This document shows positions 1 through 11,830 of a stretch of DNA of 35,289 nucleotides, piece by piece. A model generated the notes under the pieces. That model did no database searches and was not told where the DNA came from. It saw only the letters and a program-made list of their open reading frames with translations. The position numbers and the translations under genes were made by a program. Origin of the DNA: Vicugna vicugna (Eukaryota); contig MU057822.1 of NCBI GenBank assembly GCA_013265495.1, positions 479,097-514,385 of the forward strand, in the 5' to 3' direction. The stretch's first letter is position 1. Every line of letters begins with the position of its first letter.

Positions 1-130
1 AGGGCGACCAGGGCAGGCTGGAGTCCCAGCTTTATTCTGTAGCCTCATCGGGGACAGTGCAGTGCTTTACTTGCCACCATACATACACAGAACCTGGCAG
101 AATCTGAAAGTTTGATGTTTCACAACTCAG

Positions 131-270
131 ATGCTGAAAATTCAGAAGCATCTTCTCAGAAGCCTATTGAGGAAAAGGCAGTTACTCCAAGCCCTGAGCA
201 GGTGTTTGCTGAGTGTTCCCAGAAGAGGATTTTGGGATTACTGGCAGCCATGTTACCTCCCTTAAACTCG
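131..270 (+). CDS. ZZEF1: ZZEF1 internal coding exon (1st in window; gene begins upstream of the window)
   Basis: ctcag acceptor and gtaaga donor. Translates (D)AENSEASSQKPIEEKAVTPSPEQVFAECSQKRILGLLAAMLPPLNS, matching mammalian ZZEF1 as I recall it. Confidence 0.9.
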
Positions 271-593
271 GTAAGAGACGAACAACTTTAAAAAAATGAG
301 GGGTGGGGTAGGGAGTGTTATGCATAGAAAAAATTTTTGGAAAGCCATGTACTGAAATTAGCTGTTAGTTGCAGTTATCTGTACCCTGTGAGTAGAAGTA
401 AGATTAGAAGCAGGATGGTGAGCTGATACCTGAGAATGTTTATTTCACAGTCAGTTGTACCTGTGCCATTTATGAAAGGCACTGTGCAATTCCTTTGGCA
501 CCAGGCCAGTTGTAAATAGTACAGGAAATGGGTGTTTAGTTGGTGTGATTATGTGGATTTGTATTATACAGGTTTTTCTCCCTCTCTTGACAG

Positions 594-871
594 GACCCCA
601 CGGTCCCCCTGATAGACCTGGAGCACGTGCTCCCACTCATGTTTCAGGTCATTATCTCAAACGCGGGCCACCTGAACGAAACCTACCACCTCACCCTGGG
701 CCTTCTCGGCCAGTTAATCATCCGCCTTTTACCAGCGGAGGTAGATGTCGCAGTGACCAAGGTCCTCTCAGCCAAACACAACCTGTTTGCGGCTGGGGAC
801 AGTTCCATCGTGCCAGATGGCTGGAAGACCACGCACCTGCTCTTCAGTCTGGGAGCTGTGTGTCTGGACAG
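594..871 (+). CDS. ZZEF1: ZZEF1 coding exon (2nd in window)
   Basis: Polypyrimidine tract plus cag; donor gtagcc. DPTVPLIDLEHVLPLMFQVIISNAGHLNETYHLTLG...LGAVCLD. 278 nt, phase 0 to 2. Confidence 0.95.
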
Positions 872-1574
872 GTAGCCAACCCCACTCTACCCCAGCTTGC
901 TGTTCGTTTCTTTAAGTCAGTGGTCCTGCTGTTGATTAATTTCAGTGTGCTGCAGTACTGTGCAGGAATCTTGTGAGACTAGAATTCATTTTATTAGCAA
1001 TGCTGTCAGCCGACATTAAAACTATGCTTTTAAAACCCGCATTAAAACAGCTGTGCAGCCTGGGTCCTGTCTGCTGATTCAACTCTCTCTCTGGTGATAG
1101 ATACTCTGGTTTGTTTTTTCCTGAGAGTAGTAAATGTAGGCTTTGAGGCTGAAGAAAATAGATCTGTTTTTATTGTAAAAGTAGCATAATCCCAATACCA
1201 AATTTGGAAAACAGAAATGAAGAAAACAAAATCACCCTAGCTTGCACTATGTCAGTGCATCTGGTGCTGTTTTAATACATTTCTTTCCAGGCTTTTTTCC
1301 TTTGCATGAATGTGAGTGTGCACAAGCACGCACGAGTGTGTGACCCTTTACAGAGATTTTTTTTTAAACATAGCTGTGGACTGAGTGTGTGAGTAATAGA
1401 TCTTGATTTATTCTCTACTTACCATTATATGGAAAGCATCGTTCTGGTAGTTTTTGAACGAATTAATGAATGGCTCATTGGCATGCTTCTGGGTCTGCCT
1501 TGGAGTATATCGCGCTCTGATGAGTTGAGTTTGGAACCTGGGCGCTAACATCTAATGGGGCTCTTGCCTTCCAG

Positions 1575-1749
1575 CCGGGTGGGCTTGGACTGGGCGTGCT
1601 CCATGGCGGAGATCCTGCGGTCACTCAACAGCGCCCCTCTGTGGCGTGAGGTCATCGCCGCCTTCACGGACCACTGCATCAAGCAGCTGCCTTTCCAGCT
1701 GAAGCACACCAACATCTTCACGCTGCTCGTGCTGGTCGGCTTCCCCCAG
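1575..1749 (+). CDS. ZZEF1: ZZEF1 coding exon (3rd)
   Basis: ccag acceptor, gtgcgc donor. (S)RVGLDWACSMAEILRSLNSAPLW...LLVLVGFPQ. 175 nt, phase 2 to 0. Confidence 0.95.
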
Positions 1750-2277
1750 GTGCGCCACTCTGAAGGCCTGGCTTCCTCTTCCCATCTTCACCATGCACAT
1801 CACAGCCTCTGTAACATCTATCTTTGGAAGTTCTTTTCCTTTAGTTATATAACTTGCTTTTACCATACTGGCATATATTCAAGATTATGGGGTGATTTGT
1901 TTAACATTTTTAATAATTTAGCCATTTGAACCATTTTATTAGCCAGTACTTGGCTTTGAATAATAGGTTAACTGTAATATATTAAATTATAGAGAACCTT
2001 GAGGTACAATTGTTTTTCACTTTGGCTCATTTCTAGTCTTGAACTCATTTCTTATCTTCATATCTCTCAACTGATTGGGACTAAGAGGACTATGAAAACA
2101 TGGCTTCATCCAGAAAGCACTTAAACTAGTTCTATGCCAGGCATGCACCAGGCCCTGAACTTAGAGATGGGTAGAGCCCTACCCTAGAGTGCTTATTGGA
2201 CTCAGCAGCACAAGCCAGAGGGACTGTGCTCTGTGTCCTGTTGAGTTGCCTTTTCTGTCTCTCTTTGTCATGCTCAG

Positions 2278-2410
2278 GTCCTCTGTGTGGGGACCCGCTG
2301 TGTTTACGTGGATAATGCCAATGAACCACATAATGTGATCATCTTGAAGCACTTTACTGAGAAGAACAGGGCTGTGATCGTCGATGTCAAAACCCGGAAG
2401 CGGAAAACAG
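2278..2410 (+). CDS. ZZEF1: ZZEF1 coding exon (4th)
   Basis: ctcag acceptor, gtccta donor. VLCVGTRCVYVDNANEPHNVIILKHFTEKNRAVIVDVKTRKRKT. 133 nt, phase 0 to 1. Confidence 0.93.
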
Positions 2411-2899
2411 GTCCTAAGCATAATTATTTTTTCTAAGAATGGGAGAAGTTGTGTAGTCTCTGTATACCCTAAAATCAAGGAAGAGATCTTGGTTCTTGCC
2501 CCTGCGTGTGATTTTTTAAAAAACAAGTTACAGCTCCCTGAACTTCTTTTTCCTTATCTCTTAAATGATGTGGTTGAATTGAGACCAATTTGAAGACCCT
2601 TTTTACACTGTTACTCTGTATATATGGTTCTGTGCTTTTTGGTTAGCCAGATGTTTAGGTTCTAAACATTTAGTTTTTCCATTTGCCAGTGTCATTTGTT
2701 TTCTCATAAGTAATTTAAATGTATGGTGGAGTCAGGTGGCTACATGAATGTAGAATAACGTCAAATGGCATTCATGTCACTTTCCATTGTGTTTCATCGA
2801 TAGAACAGTGAAGGCACATAAATTTGATTTAATTTGCCAAATTCCAAACAATCTGGAGTATTTATGTGCCCAGTTGTGCTCCTGAGATAATCTGCTTTT

Positions 2900-3465
2900 C
2901 AGTCAGCTTCAGCATTAGGTATTGTCTGTGCTATTTTTATGTATGTTGCAATAGAAAAGCTAATGTTTATTTATTTTATTTTATTGCATATGACCATGCC
3001 GTTGTTCTAGGACCATTAGTTGAACAGACTATTCTTTCTCCATTGAACTGTCTTGGCAACTTTGTGAAAATTAACTGACCCATATATGTTTGTGTCTATT
3101 TGTGGATTGATTCTGTTATGTTCCATTAATCTGTATATCTGTCCTTACTCAAATACATTGGCTTCACTATTGTAGAGTCATACTAAGTATTGAAATCAGG
3201 TCCTCCTACTTTGTCACTCTTTTTCAGAATTGTTTTGGCTAGTCTAGTTCCTTTGTCTTTCTGAATAAATTTTAGAATCAGCTTATCAGTTTCTGTTAAA
3301 GAACCTGCTGGGAGTTTGGCATTGCGTTGACTCTGCAGATCCGTTTGGGAGAGCTGACATCGTAACAATACTGAGTCTTTTGACCTGGAGCATGGCATAC
3401 CTCTCCATTCATTTGTGGAATAAATTTAGGTCTTATAAAATGTACGTCTTTAATTTCTCTGAACC
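2900..3465 (-). mobile_element. Old LINE-1 ORF2 fragment (intronic, antisense)
   Basis: Minus-strand translation includes TDKLILKFIQKDKGTRLAKTILKKSDKVGGPDF, typical of the L1 ORF2 C-terminal region. Boundaries approximate. Confidence 0.8.
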
Positions 3466-3489
3466 TAGCATGCAGCAGCAGTTGCCTTT

Positions 3490-3720
3490 CCCCTAAGGAA
3501 ACCAGAAAAAGAAAGAACAAATCAAGCCCAAAGCAAAAAGAAATAAGGAAATTAATAATGATAAAGATAGAAATCATTGAAGCTGAAAAAAAAAGAAAGA
3601 AAGAACAGAGAAAAATCAATGAAACCAAAAGCTGGTCCTTGGAAAAGATCAAATAAATTGATAAATCTCTGGCTGGGCAGTCTAGGAAACAATAAAGAAA
3701 AGACCCAAGTTACCAAAACC
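3490..3720 (+). mobile_element. Old LINE-1 ORF2 fragment (sense)
   Basis: gagaaaatcaatgaaaccaaaagctggtccttggaaaagatcaaataaattgataaa corresponds to the L1 ORF2 KINETKSWFFEKINKIDK motif. Confidence 0.8.
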
Positions 3721-4026
3721 TCATGGGTGCTGTATTTAAGAACTTCTGTAACTCCTTTGGAGACCACCTGTGTGTGTGACTAGTAGGAGTGTGAATTGTC
3801 TTTCTCAGTTGCTTGGTGGGTTAGGTGGCCCAGTACCATTTCTGTGCTCAGTTGCAAGCTGGCCGTAAATATGATGGCTAAGTTTGAAGCCAGGGAGGTT
3901 TGTGGGTTTGGGTCAGCAGTTCTTGCTTCAGTAAGGCACATTCCTGGGGAGGAAAGGTAGCTGCAGGAAGGGAGCATTAACTGTGCTTTTTGTGCCTTTC
4001 TTTCCCTGCCTGACATCACCCTGCAG

Positions 4027-4226
4027 TGAAGGACTACCAGCTGGTCCAGAAAGGAGGAGGACAGGAATACAGCGACTCTCAGGCCCAGCTGAGCCAGTAC
4101 TCCCAGCACTTTGCCTTTATTGCCAGTCACCTTCTGCAGACCAGCATGGACAGCCATTGTCCTGAGGCAGTGGAAGCAACTTGGGTCCTGTCCCTGGCCC
4201 TTAAAGGATTATACAAAACACTGAAG
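4027..4226 (+). CDS. ZZEF1: ZZEF1 coding exon (5th)
   Basis: ctgcag acceptor, gtaatg donor. (V)KDYQLVQKGGGQEYSDSQAQLSQYSQHFAF...LYKTLK. 200 nt, phase 1 to 0. Confidence 0.95.
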
Positions 4227-5029
4227 GTAATGGTGAGCTTCTTCCATTTGCTAATGAATCTGGCTGTGATTTAACACCTGCAGGGTATTGACTAGAAGGA
4301 AATACCGTCTGATCTCGATGGATGGTTAGCCCTACGACCTTGATTATTTTTAGAAATGGTTAGGGCCTTGCACAAGGATAACTTAAACAGAATTTTCCAA
4401 ATAGTTGGTTCTCTGTAATTTTTCTGTACTGCCTTGTGGAACCAGGTGCTATTGCCTAATGGGCATGTAACCTTGGAGGATGCGGAGAAAAATGTACTGA
4501 ACAGTTTCTCACTTCCTTTTGAACCACAGTTCCTTCTGGTTCAACATAGGAAGAATAAAGGGGGCTAATATCTTTGGGTTGTTTGAGTGTTAGGTTGGAC
4601 AGTTGGTGTGAGAGGAGGCAGACAAGTTAAGGAGCCGGGCGATGGCTGACATGGAGATGGGAAGCCCTGACTTGTGGGGAATGTGATTCTTCTGCCACCT
4701 GAGGGCATTGATAGGGAGGAAGGGGTCACTTTTAGGATGATCTTCCCAAGAACTAGCCACCAAGGAAGGATTTCACTTGGAAAGCTTATGAGTTCCTTGA
4801 GTTTGGCATCACCAGCAAGGAGGCCATGGAAGGACTCAGGCATCACAGGGAGATTGGACTAGATGGGATCCCAGCCCTGAGAGTTTATAGTTTTAGGGAT
4901 AAGACCACACATCTGCTGTTGTTGATTTCATGGCATTTATCACAATCTGCTGTTGTTTTAATTGTCTTTGTTATAGTAGGAAAGAGAAAAGAAACTCCCC
5001 GAAGGCAGAGACCATTTCTGTCTTTGAAT

Positions 5030-5450
5030 CCTTCATTCTGTAAATATTTGTCGAGCACCAAGTGCCAGATGGAACTGAGTTTGTAGTGTTGAACTAGAAA
5101 GAAGTTCTCTGCTGTTACGGAGTTTTCGGCCTAAACTGTAAGAGAGACACCAAAGAGCCTGCAAGGAAAACCACCATGAGTCAGATAGAGCGTTTCTGAG
5201 GAGGTGAAATTTGGGGTGATAGATAAGGAGTCTGGGCAGAGCATCTCATGCCGAGAGAGAGCAAACTCCAAACCCAGGAGCAGGCCTTGTCAGGGAACGG
5301 AAGGAACACCCTAGGGCTTCAGGACAGTGCCAGAGAGGGAGCTGAGACAGGCAGGCGGGGAGTCAGCGGGGCCTTGTCAGCCGTGCTTCGGGACTTGAAT
5401 CATGGTCCATAAAGCAGCGGGAAGCTTTTGGAAGGTAGAGCTCAGGAGAG
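5030..5450 (-). mobile_element. Degraded LINE-2 3' end-like fragment
   Basis: cttcattctgtaaatatttgtcgagcaccaagtgccag resembles the L2 3' terminus in antisense. Highly diverged. Confidence 0.5.
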
Positions 5451-5712
5451 GAACATGAAACCTCTGTTCTTAGCATAGGACTTAGCGCACCGGACGTCCT
5501 AGGCTTCAGAAGTACGTGCTGGGTGAATGAATTAGACAGTGAGTGAACAGACTCGGGTTATGGCTCTGGTTCCTGCTGACTCTGGAGTTTTCACCAGAAG
5601 GTGAACTTGGGCCACTCGCTGAGACTGGGCTCGGACAGAGGTGTGCTCCTCCTTGAGGGACCCTTACCTTCACTCTGAGACAGTTGCAAATCCTTCTTTT
5701 TCTGTTGGGCAG

Positions 5713-5832
5713 GCTCACGGTTTTGAAGAGACCCATGCCACCTTCCTTCAGACTGATTTGCTGAAGCTGCTGGTGAAAAAGTGCAGCAAAGGGACCGGCT
5801 TCAGTAAAACGTGGCTCCTCCGAGACCTGGAA
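5713..5832 (+). CDS. ZZEF1: ZZEF1 coding exon (6th)
   Basis: gcag acceptor, gtaagg donor. AHGFEETHATFLQTDLLKLLVKKCSKGTGFSKTWLLRDLE. 120 nt, phase 0 to 0. Confidence 0.95.
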
Positions 5833-6479
5833 GTAAGGGACGGGGTGACTCCTGTCGCTGCTTCTGCTGCAGGTTTACTAGCCTGGGCATCAGAACCATA
5901 GTCAGTCATAGCTGCTTCTGCCCCGTGCAGTCATTAAAACAGTGTTTTATATGTGTCTTCCCTTTTGGAAATAAAGATTAGGACACCTGTCCTCCCTGTC
6001 AGGGAGAATGAATTTGATGTTTGTTCAAAGAATATTGGAAGAGGAGTATTTTATGGAAACACATGGTTGACCATTATATCATGGTACTAAAGTATGCCTT
6101 TGAATTATTATTTCCTTTTAAAGTTCCTTTGAGCTAAAGGAACTAAATCCATTTCTAAATTTGTCCTGAGTTATGTTTATTTTATGTAGGGTTTTAGTTG
6201 ATAATTTTTATTTTATTACTACTCCTTGTTGGCCTTCGATTTTTCCTAGTGGAATTACTGTGGTTTCCTGTGGCGTTTCTGTGCCAGGTGCCAGCTGTAG
6301 GTCAGAAAAGGCCATTGCTTTGTAGGAGGGGGTCAGCCAGCCAGTCTCAGTCACACAGAGGCCTGAACTCCAAGAAACAGCTCTCAGTGGCCACAAGAGG
6401 ATTCGGTTAGGTTTTAGAAAAACATACTGAAACGTATTAATGGATAACCCAGTAAGCATGTGAGCTCCTGTTCTTTATG

Positions 6480-7060
6480 AAATATTTTAAATTGAAAAAT
6501 TTTTTATATTCAGAAAATTTGAAAAATAGAAAGGAAAGCAAAACTCAGAATTTCACCCCCTGAACACAGCTACCATTAGTATTTTGTGTTCCTTTTTCTA
6601 ATTTTTCCCTTCTGTGTCTATATTATATATGTAGCTTTAGATTGTACAGTGAACATGGTATTGAAATAAATTGAGGTCATATGATGGCTTTTTCTAGGTT
6701 GCTTTTCATAACCACCAATTTTAATGGTTATATAGGATACATAAAGTTGGATTTCAGTTTTTTGCCATTATTAATGCTTCATTGACTATATCATGAATAT
6801 AAGTTTTTACATATTTTACATTATTCCTAAAAGACGGGTTGCGGGGTCAAAGTTATGAACATTTGTATAGCTCTTTACATTTCACCAAAATAATTCTAAA
6901 AGGATGACAACAACTTACACTGTCAGTGGCAAAGTTAATAAATGCAAAGGTCCTTTGTAGTTTTAGTTAGCATTTCTTTGATTATAAGTACAATCTAACA
7001 TGCTTTCATATTTCTTTTCTAATTTTACATTCTTTTTGTGAATTCTGATGTCTTTTAAAA
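6480..7060 (-). mobile_element. Very old LINE-1 3' fragment
   Basis: AT-rich. ttggatttcagttttttgccattattaatgc and aacaacttacactgtcagtggc resemble the antisense L1M 3' region. Confidence 0.45.
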
Positions 7061-7156
7061 AGTTACGTCAAATATTTTCTACCCTTTGAGGGTTGAAGAT
7101 CTTCTCGCCCACTAAACACTCATGTTCCTGCCCTGCCTGATTTTCTCTCTATGTAG

Positions 7157-7348
7157 ATTTTGTCCATCATGCTGTACTCCTCAAAAAAAGAGATCAGCAC
7201 TTTGGCTGAGCATGGGGAGCTAGAGCTGGATGAGCGGGGAGACCAGGAGGAGGAGGTGGAACGGTCAGCCAGCAGCCCTGGGGAGCCAGAGCAGAAAAAG
7301 CTGGACCCTCTCGAAAGCCTGGACGAGCCCACTAGAATATGTTTCTTG
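7157..7348 (+). CDS. ZZEF1: ZZEF1 coding exon (7th)
   Basis: tgtag acceptor, gtacgt donor. ILSIMLYSSKKEISTLAEHGELELDE...DEPTRICFL. 192 nt. Confidence 0.95.
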
Positions 7349-8198
7349 GTACGTTCTTGGGTCATGGTGTGGATTGAGAAAGGGGCTCTAAGAAATGGGT
7401 TCTCTTTGGCTTGGACTGCATTTTAACCTCCACATGAAAATGCTTCAGTCTGATGTCCTGAGAACGCACCTCCTGAAGACTCAATCTGTCTTCATTGAAG
7501 GATGGGAAAGCCCTTACAGCAGTAGATCTTAACGTTGGATGGTCATGGACCCAAAAGCTTTAGATCATTTCTCCCATAAAATACACATGCAAATACTCGT
7601 GTAAATTTTTGCATGTGACTTCAAGCCCATCCATAAACCCCGAAGTGACAGTCTGTCCTCAGTTTCTCAGACATACTCTTCCTTTCCCTGGATAATCCAC
7701 TGTTCCTCAGAATGATGTGAAAATGGCCGAGGGCTTGGACTTCAAAGGGTCTAACTATGTGAAGAGGAAACAGAGTATAATAGGGTGGGTGTTAGGAAAG
7801 CAAGTACAGTTTTTAAAAACATGAAAAGAAAGTCTAGTACTTAGATTTATGTGCCAGTTGTCAGACTTGAGTGCAAGGCAGCCACTACAGAGAAGCTAGC
7901 AATGAATGCAGTTTGAGAAATCATTGACTGTTAGCATTGCATTTTGTTGGTGTGATTTGGGGGGTGGGGTTCCCATGTTTTATCTTTTCCTTTGAATGTA
8001 TAATAGTAATGCAGGTTTTACCATCCATGTTTCAGGGCCTATAATTTCACATGCATGAAGCACCCATATGATGTTCTTAAATTATACTTGCGGTAGCTTT
8101 AGAAAATAATTCTTTTATCACTTTTGAGTTCAGATTATCAATAATGTGTTGAAGCATTTCTAATTGTCTCTCTTCTACTTCCTGCCTGTGGGCTCCAG

Positions 8199-8299
8199 AT
8201 GGCTCACGACGCCCTCAATGCCCCTCTGCACATTCTCCGGGCCATATACGAACTGCAGATGAAGAGGACTGACTCCTTCTTCCTGGAGGTTCAGAAGAG
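8199..8299 (+). CDS. ZZEF1: ZZEF1 coding exon (8th)
   Basis: tccag acceptor, gtgagg donor. MAHDALNAPLHILRAIYELQMKRTDSFFLEVQK(R). 101 nt, phase 0 to 2. Confidence 0.95.
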
Positions 8300-9588
8300 G
8301 TGAGGGACGTTTAGATGCAGCCAAAGTGTAGTGAGCAAGGGAACAAGTGGGGGCAGGACTCTGTCTACCACCTGCCAACAAGATCTGCATAAAAACTCCT
8401 GAAAGGCCAAGGAGCAGCAGGGAACTTTACTTTCAGTCCTTCATAAAGCGACCTGAAAGCTGACAGCACTACATCGCACGGCTCATCTTTGAGCTGTGCT
8501 CCTTTAGGAAGAATTGACATTTGCAGTCGTCCTCTTGGAGTAAACTCATTATGGGTGCAGAGATGGCCTCAGGCACCAAAGTTCCCTCAGGTGGTAGCCC
8601 AGAGAGACAGTGCAGAGCAGGAGCTTCTGGTACATTCTGGTCAAAAGTGTTCTTTTGTTTGCTTGCTTTTTCACTTCTTTACATTATTTTTATGTTTTTC
8701 CCTAAGGATTATTATAAAATTAACAATATTCCCCTCCTTTTGGCCAGGAAATTCAGAGCTAGTTCTTGGGCCCAGCTCTTAATTTTGGGGAGGACTATGT
8801 GTACCTGCAGCTAATCTCTTCCTCCATCCTCCACAGCCTAGTTTTGACTTCCTATTCTAATTTATATCCAGTTCCAATTTAATTTTTCTTTTCTTTTATT
8901 ATTTCATATTTCTGTATTTCTTGTCTATTGCCTCACATCCTCTGTGAGATGAAGCAATGTTTCATCAGGTGGGGCACAGAAATACCATGGTCAAAGAAGA
9001 TAGACTTTGCTTTTCCTCTCAAGGAACGGTCCAGAGGTAGGCAGCAGCCCATCGTGGGTGGGCAGCCTGCTTCACAAAGTGACCCCGTGCCCCACAGGTG
9101 TTGTCCTCATCTGCGTCATCAGAGCTGGCTCCCCACACCACACCACCTCTGTTCTCCAGCTCAGAGGAAAGGGGGGAGGTGGAGACAGGAGCCCCTCCAT
9201 AACCCGGCTGTTGGAGGGCAGGCTCCGGGAGTGGCATGCGTTCCCTCACCAGCCTCTGGTTGGCATGAACCTAGTCGTGTTGCTACATCTAATTCCGGGG
9301 TGGTGGCAGGGGTGGAGGGTGTCTCTAGCTGTGTCTCTGACTACAACTCCAGGGAACTTTGTTTCTAAAAGAGAAGGAGAATGGACCCTTTTCATCTCTG
9401 CCCTGGGCGTACCTCTGCACGCATGACTAGAACGCCGTGAATCTAGTTTGGGAAATAATGGAACATAATGTGTAACTGCGAAGTAACAGGAGCATAACTC
9501 TGATCAGCACTTCTGACACATTTCACTGCCGGTTAAAATCTTACCTTTCTGTAACTCATGTCCCCAACTTTGTGTCCCTGCTCCTCAG

Positions 9589-9724
9589 GTTTGACGGAGA
9601 CGAGCTCACCACAGATGAAAGGATCCGGACCCTGGCTCAGAGGTGGCAGCCTAGTAGGAGTCTGAGGCTGGACGAGCAGAACGCCAAAGCCGTGGATACA
9701 GACATGATTATCTTACCCTGCTTG
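9589..9724 (+). CDS. ZZEF1: ZZEF1 coding exon (9th)
   Basis: ctcag acceptor, gtacgt donor. FDGDELTTDERIRTLAQRWQPSRSLRLDEQNAKAVDTDMIILPCL. 136 nt, phase 2 to 0. Confidence 0.95.
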
Positions 9725-9818
9725 GTACGTGGCCCCAGCTGGGAACCAAGGGTCTGCCCCCACCCCACCCCGTAGTGAGAAGGCCAGGCCTCTGTGACGG
9801 TGCTCTCTGGGCTTGCAG

Positions 9819-10178
9819 TCCCGGCCCGCACGCTGCGAGCAGGCCACCGCCGAGGCAAACCCCGTGACCCAGAAGCTGATCTCCAGCACGGAGAGCGAGC
9901 TGCAGCAGAGCTACGCCAAGCAGCGGCGCAGCAAGAGCGCCGCCCTGCTGCACAAGGAGCTCAACTGCAAGAGCAAGAGGGCCGTGCGGGACTACCTCTT
10001 CCGCGTGAACGAGGCCACAGCCGTCCTGTACGCCCGCCACGTGCTCGCGTCCTTGCTCGCCGAGTGGCCCGGGCACGTGCCGGTGAGCGAGGACATCCTG
10101 GAGCTGAGCGGCCCTGCCCACATGACCTACATTCTGGACATGTTCATGCAGCTGGAGGAAAAGCACCAGTGGGAGAAG
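9819..10178 (+). CDS. ZZEF1: ZZEF1 coding exon (10th)
   Basis: tgcag acceptor, gtaact donor. SRPARCEQATAEANPVTQKLISSTESELQQSY...EEKHQWEK. 360 nt. Confidence 0.96.
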
Positions 10179-10689
10179 GTAACTGATTGCGCTTTCAGCC
10201 CTCTCGCTCCTCCTCTGCATCTCAGCGTCCCCCTACCCCCTCGGGGCCTTGAACAGGCTTCCTCTAGTGAGTGCCGTCCTGGACTGAGGTGACCTGTGTG
10301 GCTCCTGGACAGGTGTGAATGCAACGAAGGCGGGGTCGGGTCCCTGCTGAGCACTCCCAAGAACAGGCCTGGAGCCGAGCTCGCAGCCTACACAGACTTG
10401 GTGCTCAGAGTATTTGAAGTAACGACCCCACGAAACCCGCCCTGACAGTTTCCTTTTTCGTTTTCACACTTAGAAGTTTAACTGTCCTTGCTAGCCTGTC
10501 TCTTCTCATGTCCCCTAGGGTCTCACATAGTGTGAAGTCCAGGGGACAGGGTTAATTACAATTCTGACAGCCTGTTCCTGTAATACAGGAAACCTTCCAG
10601 GAAGGTTTGTGTCTTCTGTTTTAAACCATTGTTTCTGGAATATCCACCCCAGACACTGCCAGCACTTACCACGTGTTACATTGTGACCT

Positions 10690-10810
10690 GGAGAAAGTTT
10701 TGTCGGTGATGAAGTCAAGCCCCGAAGCCTTGTCCGAGGCTCCCAGCTCCTGGGTGGCAGATGTGGGGTCTCCCCAGAGTCTGTGCATTCTCTTAAGTCC
10801 AGTGCTCTAA
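10690..10810 (+). mobile_element. MIR-like SINE relic
   Basis: ccttgtccgaggctcccagctcctgggtggcagatgtggggtctccccagagtctgtg...agtccagtgctct resembles the MIR core. Strand uncertain. Confidence 0.4.
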
Positions 10811-11092
10811 TTTTTAAGTTTCAGTTTGACAAATGAGACCATTTTTTGTTCTGTTTTTAAATCAAATCTTCAACTTGGTCTTTTAGAGTGGTGCAGGGTT
10901 AGCAAACTGTCACAGGGCTGGAAGCATCTCTTCCACCTCCTGCTGTGTAGAACCAAGAGGCCCACGTAGCAGAACTCGGGAGCCCTGGGCATGGCCTCTA
11001 GCTGAACTACAAAGTTTTGTCACCATCTTCCCAGTTTTCAGGTGCACAAATGAGTCACTTTTGCTGCCTTCTTCTTCGTCCATGTCCCCTTG

Positions 11093-11130
11093 CCACCCTC
11101 ACACACCCTCACACACCCTCACACACACAT
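11093..11130. repeat. Short tandem repeat (CACACCCTCA) about 3 copies with a CA tail
   Basis: caccctcacacaccctcacacaccctcacacacacat read directly. Confidence 0.8.
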
Positions 11131-11686
11131 GCAGTACTTGGGGATTCCTTAGCAAGTGAACTTACCCTCTAGTCCTAAATTTGCCCATCTGAGGACACTG
11201 GTTTCTCAGTCCCCTAGGTCCTTTCCTAGCCCTGTGGCCTTGAAGACTTGGGAAGGTGTGCTGTAGCCGTGTTTCTCATTCGGAAGAGGAAAAGGGAGCA
11301 GTTTTGCCCCTGCTGGTCCCCTTCTCAAACATGTCTTCCCCCATTCTTGCCCCGTGGAGCTCCTAATTCTGCAGCTCACTCATCTGTACGTCCACCCCGC
11401 TGCCAGGCTCAGATCGTCGGGGCCAGGACTGTGCCTGATTGGTTCTATTAGACCTCCTTAAAGTGGTGGTGTCCCAAAGGGACTGCAGCATCCTGATTCA
11501 CAGCAAGGGCCCATTCCAGTGAGAGGTGGCTGGTGGGGTTGGCTTTGGGGGTGGCGTCGGGTCCAGGAAGATGCCAGCCCCTTTGGGTGGGCATTGGGTT
11601 GAAATAGACTTTCCCTTCTTCCCGATGGGCAGCTCTGTGGCCCTTCCACTGGCCGGCCCTGACGTTCCCTGCCCGTGTCCCCCCAG

Positions 11687-11830
11687 ATCCTGCAGAAGGT
11701 GCTCCAAGGCTGCCGAGAAAACATGCTGGGGACAATGGCCCTGGCTGCCTGCCAGTTCATGGAGGAGCCAGGAATGGAGGTGCAAGTGAGGGAGTCAAAA
11801 CACCCATATAACAACAACACCAACTTTGAG
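11687..11830 (+). CDS. ZZEF1: ZZEF1 coding exon (11th)
   Basis: cccag acceptor, gtatga donor. ILQKVLQGCRENMLGTMALAACQFMEEPGMEVQVRESKHPYNNNTNFE. 144 nt. Confidence 0.95.

Noticed and set aside
2742..2777. Inverted repeat acatgaatg...cattcatgt as a structured RNA
   Set aside because: Only a 9-bp AT-rich stem, compatible with chance, and no snoRNA or miRNA hallmarks.
9708..10220. 170-aa antisense ORF over the 360-nt exon
   Set aside because: Shadow ORF from GC-rich codon usage of the sense exon.
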